The notes: generated from the letters alone by a model not told the origin. 63,493 bases of DNA, filler included, from Octopus bimaculoides (GCF_001194135.2; 8 parts of 6 records of this genome joined end to end with filler, not necessarily neighbours in it), one strand, 5' to 3'. Positions 28,001 to 40,646 are shown, counted from the whole stretch's first letter. A program made the numbers and translations.

Positions 28001-29221
28001 TAGAAGAAACACCATTAAGCAGTTTATGAGATGTGATAGTGATTCTGCCAGCACATTGTCTTAATGATAATCTTTTCTACTCTAAGCACAAGGCCTGAAA
28101 TTTGGGGGAAAAGGGCCAATCGATTAGATCAACCCCAGTATACAACTAGTACTTAATTTATTGACCCTGAAAAGATAAGAGGCAAAGTTAATCTTGGCAG
28201 AATTTGAACTCAGAACATAGCGGCAGACTGTTAAATATTTCACTCGGTGTGCTAACAGTTCTGCCTGCTCACTGCCTTTTTGCCTTAATAAGATTTTAAT
28301 AATGATGATCATCACCATAATAATTGGTATCGACATAGTGATGACACTAATGATGACAAAGATAATAATGATTGTGGTGATGATATGGAAGATAGTAAAA
28401 TGCTGGTGATGACAAAATTAAAACCATAGTATTAGTGATGATGATGATTAATTCTTTTAAGCCAAATGAAATTTAAAATTTAAATTTACTTGAAAAGAAA
28501 AACATTTTTTTAATACATTTTTTTTACAATTGTATCTTTGTTTTTAATTTTATTTTACTTGAATTAATTACTAATACAAGTGAATTACTTTGGTAAACAA
28601 CCCTGCTTAAAACAGTCGTGTTTCAGTTTATAGTACCATAACTGTTGTCTTATGCACTCAGGTGTGTATATATATGTGCATGTGCAAATATATGTAGTTA
28701 TGTGAGTGTGTGTTTGTGTGTGTATGCACAATCAAATACTCTTGTGTAAAACACTCATACTATGTCAACAAGCATGAACTCATAACCACTGCCTGGCACA
28801 TTGTGCAAGTGTCTTTTCCTATAGCCCAGGGTTAACCAAAGCTTTGAGTTGACTTGGGAGAAACCACACACACACACACACATATGCACATGTGTATGTG
28901 CAAGTGTGTCTGTACATGTGAGTGCATCTGTGCATGTTGCAAGTGTGTCTGCTTACATTTGAACTTTTCCAAAAATCACTGAGCTGCAAAAAGTGACGTA
29001 GTTGCCATTTCACTTATCAACATATCATCCACTGGCTTTGCATGGGCATATGGAATAAGAGATCCTTTACTTGAAAAACAGGTAAGAGACAAGAAGGACA
29101 TCCAGCAGTAAAACAATACCTCAATATTATACTTGTCTAACACATGTTAGCATGGGAAAAATATGAATGCAAAATAAACAAATACACACACACACTATAT
29201 ATATATATATATACATATACA

Positions 29222-29281
<60 letters not shown>

Positions 29282-29596
29282 NNNNNNNNNNNNNNNNNNN
29301 NNNNNNNNNNNNNNNNNNNNNNNNNTTAATTAATTAANNNNNNNNNNNNNNNNNNNNNNNNNNNNNNNNNNNNNNNNNNNNGTGGTTGAGCATCGATGCC
29401 AGTTTCGACCTGTTGCCTGGTACTAGGTATCTTAGTCGGTTGGCTCTTGCTATTTTCCGTGATGTCCCACTCATACAGTGAAGATAAAACCGAGTGTTTG
29501 ATATATATATATTTGTGCCGCATTTTCTGTGTGGTTTCGATGGCCATCTCGCCTCAGACGTCCCTCCAAAATTTTTTAATTTCGTGTTTCACACTC

Positions 29597-29829
29597 AAGG
29601 GGGAGCCATTGTAGTGACATCACATTGGTGCCAAAAGGCCGACGCCATTGCTGCATCCTTATCCACGCATGCGTGGATTTCAACATCCAAGCGTTCCCAA
29701 TTCTATTCTGTCTCTCTTACCAAGGCAGACAGCGACCAAGCAAGACGTCTAAGCAAGCTCTCCCATTTGAGTGTGGTTGAACCAAGTTGTCTCTATAATG
29801 ACACCAGCACGAAGAACCGTACATCTACA
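29597..29829 (+). mobile_element. Polypurine tract plus 3' LTR of a second LTR retrotransposon
   Basis: aagggggag (29597-29605), then TGTAG at 29610 and CTACA ending at 29829 (5-bp terminal inverted repeat). Confidence 0.6.
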
Positions 29830-29996
29830 TTTCAGGCTACTCTAAAACCGGACAATTAGAAGCTGTTTACCTTTTCCACCGAACAATAAATATTTGTTGT
29901 TGTTGATCAGTTTGGAGTTTCTGCGTTCAGTTCTCTTCCAATTTAATGTAGGAGAGTTAGGTGTATATCTAAAGATATATAACCCACTCTCCTAAA

Positions 29997-32610
29997 ATCT
30001 GTTTGCAGTGTAAACTTCCTCCTATGTAAGAATTTATGGAATTTTTTTACTGCAAAGATTAATGATAATGCCTCTTTTTCAATCTGGCTGTAGTTTCAAT
30101 CTGGTATTAGAACTCTCGATGCATGTGCAATAACTTTGATTTTACCATCATCAAATTTATGCCATGTTACAGCTCCTATACCAATTCCACTGGCATCCGA
30201 TGCCACAATTATTTTCAGGTTTGGGTCGAAATGAGTTAATGATAACTCTGATGTTAACCACTTTTTTAATTCCTCGAATGCTTTCTGGCATTCGTTTGTC
30301 CAGTCTCATTTCAAGTCCTTCTTTAGCAACTTGTTCAACAGAGCTCTTAGCTCATACATTTTAGGTATGTACAACTGGTAATGACTTACCAGACCTAAAA
30401 ATGCTTGTAGTGTTGTTTTGTTAGTGGGAGCAGGCATTTTTTTTATTGTGTCAATCCTAGAAGGGTCTGGTTTTTGTCTGTTTTCATCAATCACCTGTCC
30501 TAAGTACTTTATTTTTGTCAAGAAAAATTCACATTTATTCTCACTTACTTTAAACCCGTAATCACTTATTTGTTTGAAAACCTCTTCTATATGTTCAATA
30601 TGTTGGTCCCTTGATTCACTTTTGATCAATATGTCATCCAAGTATGGGACCACGAACTCACAATCTGTTAGCATAGTATCCATCACTTGCTGAAATATTG
30701 CTGGTGTAACCTTAACCCCAAATGGCAGTCTTTTGAAATGGTAGAGACCTTTATGAGTATTGATTGTTAATACTTTAGCACATTCTTCATCTACCAGTAA
30801 TTGGAGGTAGGCCTCTGACAAATCCAGCTTGGAAAAACTTTTCCCACTTAGCAAATATTTCTTCTGGGTTTGGAAGTGGATAATTGTAATTTTTTAAACA
30901 ATCATTAAGACCAGTTGAGAAGTCCACACATATTCTTATTTCATTGTTCTTCTTTTTTATATATACAGTAGGAGCCGCCCACTCAGAGTAGTCTACTTTT
31001 TCAATTACCTCCATGTCTTCCAATCTTTTTAATTCCTTCTCAACTTGATTTAACGCCACGAAAGGTACATTCCTTTTTGGTTTGAACACTGGCACCGCAT
31101 TTTCTTTCAACTCAAACTTTATTTTGATTTTTTTTTACACGTACCGAGTTCTTTTGAAAACACATCAGGGTACATCTTTTTCAATTTTAATTTCAATTTT
31201 TCCGTTACTTTCTCTGACACGGACTGTGACACATTCACCTTGTATAGTGTATTCAGTGGTAGATCCCACAGGTCGAATTCTTCCATTAAATCTGTCCTGA
31301 ACAGATTCATTGTATTCTTAGATACCATTACTTTACTTTTCTGCATCATGTTTTTAAGTTTTATTTCTGGTGAAATTTCGCCCAGGAATTGAACTCGTTC
31401 TTCTGACACACTGTGAGCTATCCTAGTAGTTTTTTTATCCACCGGCCTGCCTATCTTACTCCATGTTGCCATATTTATTATTGATATATCTGAACTGGTA
31501 TCTAATTGCAACACAAATTTTCGATTTTGTATGGTATAATTTACTTTTGTTGAGTAGAATTTCTTCAGTTTTACAATTTTCTTCGACCGGCATTTAGTTT
31601 GTATATTCCTAATTTGACCACATTTAAAATATGTTTTATCGTTAAAGGGGCAATCTTTCCTCAAATGTCGGTTTTCACAACCAGAGCACCGTTTTGAATT
31701 TATATATTTTCTTCTATCTGTACTTTCTTTACACATTTGTACATTCTTATTATTGTCTTCTATTTTTCTTGTATCATCTTGAAGGTTTATTATTTGTTGG
31801 CATTCCTCAGCCACTTTCTGCAAGGTTAGTTTCACATCTTGATTCAGCTTTGATAATATTCTTTTTCTAATTTCCACATCTTCCATTGCCCTTTAACGAA
31901 TATTAAGTACTTGAACATATCTGGCGTTAATTCTTCCAGCTTAAACCTTTCACAAGCCTTATTAACCATACCGGCATATGTTACAAAATTGTCGGACTCA
32001 TTTTTCTTTAAATTTAAAGATTCCCACCGAATGTTAAACTGTGAACTTTTCTTGCTAAAAATATTAGTTAAAATATTTATTGTTTCATCAAAACACAATT
32101 CCGCGGGCTTTCTTGGCAAAATAAAGTTACAAAAACTTTCATGTTCCGGAGGGGCAAGCTTTCGCAAAAGAAGTCTTAGCTTCCTTTCGCTAGACCATCC
32201 CTTGCATTCCTCTTGTATCGTCTGTAATATGCAGTAAAAGTAATTCCTTCATCCGGTTTGTAGTGAAATTCTTTGATGGAATTTGCAACACCGTCCGCTG
32301 AAAATGATTCTGTCATATTCCTCGACTGCAGTAACAATTCTGTTAACATCTGTAGTTGCTGCTATTGTTACTCTTGCTGTTTGACAACTGCTTTCAGTAA
32401 CTCTTCCATTTTGGTACTATTCGAAACCTCATTGTCACTGTTATATCGCATGTTTGGATGGCGTGCTTTCGCCAATAACGTACCTCTACTCAACTACCGA
32501 ACTCTCAATTCCGACGACTCGACTCAACAGAACTCGGCTCTGGCTTGCTCTACGTGACGCTTATTTCTTTATTTGGCACTACGGCCACAACACAGAGGGG
32601 GGACACTACA
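29997..32610 (-). mobile_element. Decayed Ty3/Gypsy LTR retrotransposon (Mag/K02A2.6-like): 5' LTR, PBS, gag, PR, RT, partial RNase H; integrase missing
   Basis: LTR TGTAGTG at 32610 to about 32476 with AATAAA; PBS TGGCG at 32474; gag ATG 32409; LDTSSDISII; YSEWAAP, RICVDFSTGLN, FSKLDLSEAYLQ, RLPFGVK, YLDDILI; ASDASGIGIGA, YSQIEKEAL, FTLQTD. Confidence 0.92.
30306..31110 (-). pseudogene. Gypsy reverse transcriptase, frameshifted
   Basis: ORFs 30787-31110 and 30306-30854 join with a frameshift and carry the YLDD motif. Confidence 0.92.
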
Positions 32611-32837
32611 ACGAATGAGAATGAGATGTTATATAAAAATGAAGAAATGAAATGGCTGCATGGGCCCAGCTCCCATGCAGTATCATTTGAACGTTTATAT
32701 ACACTATTTACAATCGTTCTATTTTTCTATTGTTTTTTCTTAATCATCTTTTTTTTTCTCCTTTTTTTTTTACATGAAATACTTTTACTTTTTTTCTCTT
32801 TTTTTTTCTTTCAACAAAACAATTTTACTCACTCTTT

Positions 32838-34242
32838 TTAATACCCCATGAAAGGCTCCAAGTCTTTTAAATCAACTACTGGCAGCAGTTCGTTGAACTC
32901 CACCAACACTCCGGGCGGGTCAATCTTGTCTCTGCACATGTCTCTCAGTCTCTTGTATGTGTCCTTGTCGACCACAATAACCTTCACATTTTCAGAATAT
33001 ATATCTGTGGGTAACCTCACTCTTATGATATGCTTGAATTAAAAAATTTTCCTTTCCGTTTCTTTGCTTTTTGCATTTATTACGAAATTCCATTTATTTT
33101 TTCCTCTTCTTGGTTTTTCTCTTTTCTTCTTCCACTTCTGGTACCTTTTCCTTTTCTATCTCCACTTTGAACAATCTCTCCATTTCACCCTCATACAGTT
33201 GCACTCCTGAATCTTTTTCCTTCACTGGAATAACTGGCGTCTTTAATGCTGTTTCCTCCTCCTATAATTCATTCTCAAGCACTTTTCCAATTACTTTTTC
33301 ACTTTCTTTCTCCATCACCCTTTTGTCTTCCTTCCTTCTGGTTGCAGCTTTCATTTCCACTTCTTCTTTCTTCTTTTTCTGGTTCTCTGGCGGCAGGCTC
33401 GCTCTTCCACTTCTTCTGTTTCTTTCCACCACCATGAATCCCTCCTCTGTTGTTTTTTTCTTCCATCTCCACTTGTACTACTTGGTCTGTACTCTTCTGC
33501 TTCTTCGTCTGTTCTCTCTGTGGGCACCTTGCCTTCATGTGGCCTTTCTATCCACATCCAAACATATAGGCAGCCTGCCCTCCACTATCACTCTCAATCT
33601 CAAGTCGTTGGGTAGCACTATCTCCTCAACAATTTGATTTAAGTCTTCTATTGTTGCCTGGATAGTGAGCTCAATCCCGTATCCCCAGTAGTTGATTCTT
33701 TGTGTTCTTGTGGCCTTCAGTATCTTGGCCTCATCCTTCATGTTGAACATTATGGCTGTCATCAGCCATGTTTCCTTTAGTTTTGGGGGTACTTTGCCAA
33801 CTTGCACTCTGGCCACACGTTTGTCACAGTATGAAGGCAAAAGCACCCACTCTTCCAATCTTGTTGCCTCCGTGGAATGCTTAATTGCCTCTTCTTCTGT
33901 CGCAAAGTGTACCTCCATGGTGGCATAATTCCTTCTTGTTATAGATGTTGTTAGTTTTTTTATGCTTTCCAAACACACTTCAATTTCCTCCACTGTCGCA
34001 ATCTCTATCTTTCTCATTGCTATTTTCATCGTTTTGAATATAACTGTTCTTTTTGTTACATTGCTCATCAATTCTGCAGGTGGTGTTAACTTCAGAGTAG
34101 CTCCATCTTTCTCCAGCAACCTTTCACATTCCTTCATTTTCCTTGGTTCTACCTTAATTTCAATTATTTCCAATGTTTCCTCTTCTATTCCTTTTCCAGT
34201 TGTGGCCGCATAACTGTGGCGACCCACTGGCGTTTTCTCCAT
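32838..34242 (-). pseudogene. Gag-like ORF1 of a non-LTR (L1/Tx1-type) element: RRM-like region plus CCHC knuckle, disrupted
   Basis: 235-aa ORF with LLPSY..KRVARVQVGKVPP and RVIVEGRLP; a 1-nt frameshift restores CFGCG*KGHMKARC; basic/acidic tail ends LEPFMGY*. Confidence 0.75.
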
Positions 34243-35799
34243 TTTGCCCCCAATGGGAAGAAAAAAAATAACAATTCACAATGACAATATCAACAATTCA
34301 AACAGTAATAATCAACAAACAAATAGTTAACGCTCTGACTTACGACAAAAACACTCCGTTATTAACAACTCAAACCACCTGCAAATCTACACAACGCTTC
34401 TCGTCTAGCTATCACATCCACTATCTATACATATTGGACTAGCCTACTTATCATCTGGGGTCATCCACACAGCAATTATGTAGACTGAAAGGCATTCAAA
34501 TAAATTCACAGTGGACCAAATAACACATCACAAATTCAACTAGCCTTAAATTAAACTAGCCTTAAATATAACACAAATTATACAGTGGACCAAATAACAC
34601 ATCACAAATTCTATTAGTTGTATAGTTCATCCATCATTAGGATAAATCAACCCTGGGCATCAGTGGTTACAAGTGCTTCATTATATTATCTCCAGGAAAT
34701 CTCTCACTTCACTGCCCATAAATGATCTGACAAAGTTATTTATAAGCAGAGGGTAGGCTCCAGCAATGATTTGGATTAATTGAGGAAGTATTATGCACAA
34801 CATGATTGGAACCTTATCCCGTGCAATACTCACCCATTCAAAATACAAGATTCAACCAAATGTTCCAAACTCACATGATAAATCAAATGCCAATCATTAA
34901 AAATGAATGTGTGGAGCCTATTTAAGGCTAGTTGAATATAAAATGTCAGAACAGAAATGGGTCTTGCTACGATATCAATGAATCTATCTTATCTGAAATT
35001 TAACAAACTTTATACTATGATATTGTTACTCAAAAAAGTTTGTCAATAAGATTTGGCATTGAGAAACGATTTACCTATAATAGTAACTTTAAGTAAATGT
35101 TGCTCAATAACCAGTTGTTGCATAGCCTTTATCATTTGTGGATCAATAGTTGTTGCTATTGTTGTTTAGTCACAGGTCAGCTGTGAGCTGTTGGACCAAA
35201 ATATTACTAATTTCAAACAATATATTTAGGATTAAATTATCTTATGTGTCCTATATTTTTTTATGCTATTGTTTGGAGTTTTGCTGCTATTTATAGCAGA
35301 ACAAGCAATCACAGAGGTTCTTTAAATTCATGAACCAACAAAAAATAATGGTAATCATAACAATTTCATTTCTTTCAAAATAAGACCAGTTTTTGGAGAA
35401 ATACAATCAATTAAATCATTCTTAAGTGTGCTGCTGGTAATTTTTTGTAAATGATTTTGTATGGACAAAAGATATATCTAGCCTCAATAAACTATGAGCT
35501 CATAATTGGAAGGAATAAAATAAAAAGAATAACTTAAAAAAAAAAACCTATACGGAATGACCACAAAGCTCTGCCATTCCTCCACCTTAAAAATAATAAT
35601 GTCTCCGTAAGCTAGGAAAGCCTGTGATATCTATTCATTTCTGTTATCTGGTTGTATTCATTGTTTAATAAGTAACATACCTTCTGAATGAAGTGCTGTT
35701 GAAGTGTTTACTTAGAGTATTGTTACCTTTTCTTCCAAATATCTGAACTTTAAATGTAGAATAAGACATTTGTCTCAGAGACTACAAAACACTTATTTT

Positions 35800-36320
35800 C
35801 CTCATTTCCTCTGTATCACCACCAGCACCACCATTATAATGTTCTTGGTACTTTTACTATTTCAGCAACTATCTCCAATGCCCTTGTAACTATCTTTGCT
35901 TCTACCCCTTTAATTGCTTTATTAATCATGCTGCAACTGACCTCAATAAAAGCTCTTCTCTTCTACTTACACAAGACTCTCCTGCTTATACAAGCTAATT
36001 CATCAATATTTCATGGACACTTCCTCATCTCTTTTATTAGAACTGCAAAAAGTATACACACTTCTTCCCGTCATCTTTATTTATAGAAGTATACTGCCTT
36101 TCGTCATGTGGAAGAACATTGTCAAGCTTCTTGCTCACATTCTTTTTCTTGGCTAAATATACTTGGCATGAAGCTTCCTAATCACATAGACCTCCTACTA
36201 TTGCTCTTTCTACTACTCCTTGCGAGCCTATCATGTAGCTCTGTTCACTACACAGCCTCCACCACATCATCTGTTGCTAGGCTGGAGCTTGCATCCATTA
36301 ACAGAGTCAGTCAATTGCTA
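35800..36320 (-). mobile_element. Decayed RTE-like LINE fragment, region N-terminal to the RT core
   Basis: FIEVSCSMINKAIKGVEAK...LEIVAEIVK resembles the 'V.KAI..MK.GKA.GP..I.AEMLK' block. Confidence 0.55.
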
Positions 36321-36887
36321 CAGTAAGTTATCTTGTCGGATTGCTCAGTTGTTTCTATTTTCTAATTTTAGTAGATATGGATTTATGATCCACAAGCTGT
36401 TTGTCCATTTAACGTCCACAGCCGACTGTTTTTTTTTTTATATTCTTATTGTTTTTATTTTTTTAATGATCTATTTATTAAATAACAAGATTCTGTTCTA
36501 GAAAATGAAAACCTTTTGTTTTTTATTCGTTTGTAGTATTTTTCTTTTGTTGATCGAGGAATTATGATATCTGATAAAGAACAGTAAACAAGATCTTCAA
36601 CTGGCACTTGTATTTGTAAAGAAGGTAGTCTCTCAACCAATGAGTATTATGCTAATATCTTGTCACAAAGAGTATACAATATATTTAGTTACAAATTAAG
36701 AGCCGAAGTTGTGAAGGGTAGATAATAAAACTTCTAAACCTACAGGATTGCTTTTAAGTAAGCCTGTAAGATATCTTCAAATGCTTAACCTCTTATCTAT
36801 GCTGGTTGATGAGATAGTGGTTTATGATATACAAATTCCCAACAGCAAGGTAAATGGAAATGAAATGCATGGAATAAAAGTAAATTA

Positions 36888-38420
36888 CACTAGGCAACAA
36901 AGATGTTGTTACAGAAGATCAAATTTTAGTTAATTTTAGTATGCTGATTTCAAATCTATAATTAAATTTTTTCTATCATCTCTAGACTTTGAGTAAGATG
37001 CAAATCACTTAATAAAATTTCCTTCTTTGTTCAGATTTTGGTTTTTCATCATCCTAATACCAGTAATATGAAACTTGCTTTTCAAGGTTAAAGCAATTTT
37101 TGTTTGCCAACTTATAAAAATTCTAAGGATTTTGTTCAATAGAATTTATCCAGAGTTGGCAACACTGAGTCAAGAGCATAGTAATGGCCCAACAGTCAGT
37201 TGCTACATGACAATCCAGTAGAGCGGTTGTTGAAGACAGCAGTTCATTTGAAGATTTTGCTAGTGATATAGAAATAGGGAAATATGGCATGTATGTTCCA
37301 GATGCAACTAGTTCCCAACATTTATTAAGTCAAGTAGATGTTAAATGAGTTAGTGTGAAATTTGGAATTACTGAAAGAAAAAGTTGAATTGCTTGGTTCC
37401 AGACGTCAAAGATGGAATTTTCTCTAGACATACACCAAAGTTTCCCATTTCTGCCAATGCCATCTGCAGTTTTCATCATTTTACTTACAGGAGACAAACA
37501 TTTGTTTCTGTATCAGTGGCCTGATGGAAAGGATTGGCTTTTGCTATAATCCAAAAGATTGGAGATTGTTCATTGACTCTAGTAAAGCTAGCCTTAAAAC
37601 TGTATTATTATACAATGGCAATGAAAAACTTTCAACACCTGTAGCACTTGTCACTGGCTTTAATGAGGCTTATAAATCAATAGAACTGCTGCTAAGTCTC
37701 ATCAAATATTAGGACCACATGTGTAATATTTATGGCAACCTTAAAGTTGTATCATTACTTCTTGGGTTACAATTAAGCTACACTTTTTGTGTCCATGGAA
37801 CAGCAGAGATGACAAGAACCACTACAAAAAACATGATTGGCCATCTAGAACTGAACATTTTGTTGGTAAACACAGTGTGAATCATCCAGCACTTATTGAC
37901 CCTCAGAAAGTACATCTACCACTTCACATTAAACTTATAAAAAATTTTATGAAGAGTATGGAGCAGCAAGATAGTGGTTTCCAATATTTAATGGATAAAT
38001 TCAAAGGAATATTAACAGATGCTAAGCTAGAAGTTGGAGTTTTCACTGGACCATAGATCTGCAGTGTCAGCCATGACTCATCATTTCTAACTGAGAACAA
38101 ACTAGGAGCATGGACATCTTTTGTTGAAGTTATCAAAAATTTTCTCGGAAATTACAAGCTGAAAACTACCATGAATTCATATGAAAAATGGGATGCAGAA
38201 TGTCTTTGAAAATGCATTTTTTACATCCTCATCTTGACTTCTTCCTGGTCAACCTTGGGATTGTGAGTGACAAACATGGTGAGCACTTCCACCAATAGAT
38301 CTCAGTTAGGGAAAACAGATACCAAGGTAATTTCAACCCAAATATGATGGGAGATTATTGCTAGTTCCTGCAGAAGGAGAGCCTGTCATCCTACAAGTGA
38401 CAAAGGAAGAGGAAACACCA
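36888..38420 (+). mobile_element. Decayed Chapaev3-like (CMC) DNA transposon
   Basis: tta|CACTAGGCAACAAAA left end; HLLSQ..NELV, KVELLGSR, WRLFIDSSKASLKTVLLYNGN, IYGNLKVVSLLLGLQ, CPWNSRD...WPSR, MENRYQG...NMMGDYC across frameshifts. Family name is from recall. Confidence 0.75.
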
Positions 38421-39766
38421 AAGTTTCACTTAAGAACAGGAAGTTGCCTTTCAGTAGTAACAACAAAATACTTAGATGCTTTGAGTGGATGGTTGGGCAC
38501 AGATAAGTCAGCTATGGAATTCCACTGACTGTCTTAAGCTAGAAAAAAGAGGAAAGGTATTCCTTTTCACGAATTATTTAAGAATGCTTAACATAAAACC
38601 TGGCATATAAAAGTAGCTTAGATGGCTTTTGTAACAGAAGCAGGTGAGAAATAATGATAAATAAGGGATTTCACAAAATCTGGATGTCAGATTGGACTGA
38701 TTGCTCCAAATCAGGCCCCATGCTGAAGGGGGCCCTGTGCTCGAGAGGGCTACATTCTATACTGCAACATTTCATAAAGGTGATCCACCTGAAGTCTTTT
38801 AAAAAAATCTGGTCTTTCAAAAAAGAAAAAAAAAATTTTTTAAATGAAAGAACATGCTTTCTACACTTTAGTGACACAAGATATTATAAGATAAACCCAT
38901 TCAGCCAAGACTGCTTGGGTTAGCCGCTGAATTTGAAGAAATTTATCTTATTTTTAGTGAAAGGCTCAATAAGTATGTTTGTATGTGAATGCTTGGATAA
39001 AATATTTGTGTGTCTGTGAGAGTATGTATGTGGGTGAAGTGTATGTATATATGTGTGCTTATGTTTTGTGTGTATCAGTTTCTATAAATATGTTTAATTT
39101 TGGGGAAAATTTTTATTTCAATAAAGTGTATTTTTTATACATATATAGGTGCAGAAGTGGCTGTGTGGTAAGTAGCTTTCTTGGCGAGGCCCTTAGGGAC
39201 TTCCTGTCTGGTGGCCCGAATGCCTCGGNNNNNNNNNNNNNNNNNNNNNNNNNNNNNNNNNNNNNNNNNNNNTTAATTAATTAANNNNNNNNNNNNNNNN
39301 NNNNNNNNNNNNNNNNNNNNNNNNNNNNTACACAGATAGATAGAGAGGAGATGTGAGAGGGAGCAGAGAGAGGGAGAGAAAAGAAGAAAGAAACAGAGAG
39401 AAAGATAGGAAAAGAGAGAGAGAGAGGCGAAGAGAGAAGTGTGTCTATACAGAGGTCGAAAATAAAAACAATGATAAAATGAATATAAAAAGAGAACTTG
39501 AAAAAATACTAGAGAAATATAACCCCCCCCCCTTGTTCGCTTCTATCCTTTCACCATAAAAAAGAAAATAGTAAAGAAAAGAAATCGAAAAAAAATAATA
39601 ATAATAAAAAGAACGTAACAAAATGGCTGCAACGCAATTGTCTGAAGCTCACGCGGAACGAATGATCAAATGATAATTAGCGATAAAATATGTAAGTACG
39701 TCACGCTCCCTGCTTGCATGATTCCTCACAATTGCTGTTACAACAACAGCAACAAAAAAGCTATTA

Positions 39767-39824
<58 letters not shown>

Positions 39825-40213
39825 GGCCACTGCTGCTGTTGCAAATTGTTATTATTGATAATAACAACGGTTTCTGTGATAACCACAAGGGCAACGGAAG
39901 AAGGAAATTGTATAGCTGAAGTACAAGAAATGGAAGTTCGAATGATTTTGAAGTAAGGCACCGGGATACGAGGTCACGCGCGTTTTGAAGGAAAAAGAGG
40001 TTTATGCTGTTTGTTTTTGTTTGTTTTTTAATATGCCTAGTATTTGATCGGTACTTTATTTTATCGACCTTGGTAGGGTGAAAACTAAAATAGGCTCTGG
40101 TGAGATCTGAAGCCGGAAGTGAAAGACTTGTAACTAAATGCTCCGTGGCATTTTGTTCGCCGCTCTAGCGATTCTGCTATATAACGATTTTATGATAATG
40201 ATGAGGAATGAAT

Positions 40214-40500
40214 GCGCATGGCTTAGGTGTTAAGGTGTTCGGCGCATGATCGTGAAATCGTGAGTTCAATTCCTAGTGGGGTGTTTTTTCCTTGAGCAAG
40301 ACACTTTATTTCACGTTGCTTCATTCTATTCAGCTGGCAAACATGAGTAGTACGTGCAATTCAAAGGGGTCAGCCTTGTCACATTCTGTGTCACGCTCGT
40401 TCACCCTGTCTGGAGTGCTCATTCATTTGCACATCAATTTCATGAGTAAACTGCACCGATGATCGGATTAACTGAAACAGTCGTCGTCGTAACCGACGGA
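40214..40500 (+). mobile_element. SINE family C with CpGs retained
   Basis: Co-linear with 19185-19495. Confidence 0.88.
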
Positions 40501-40646
40501 TGATGAGTATGATGATTAGAAGGACATTACAAGGACAGACGATCATTTTGAGTTGAGGCATGCATAAAGAAAACGATGGCAAAATGGGTAGAAATGGTGA
40601 GATGGGATGAAAAGGAGACATAGTATACAAAATATGTAAACACATG

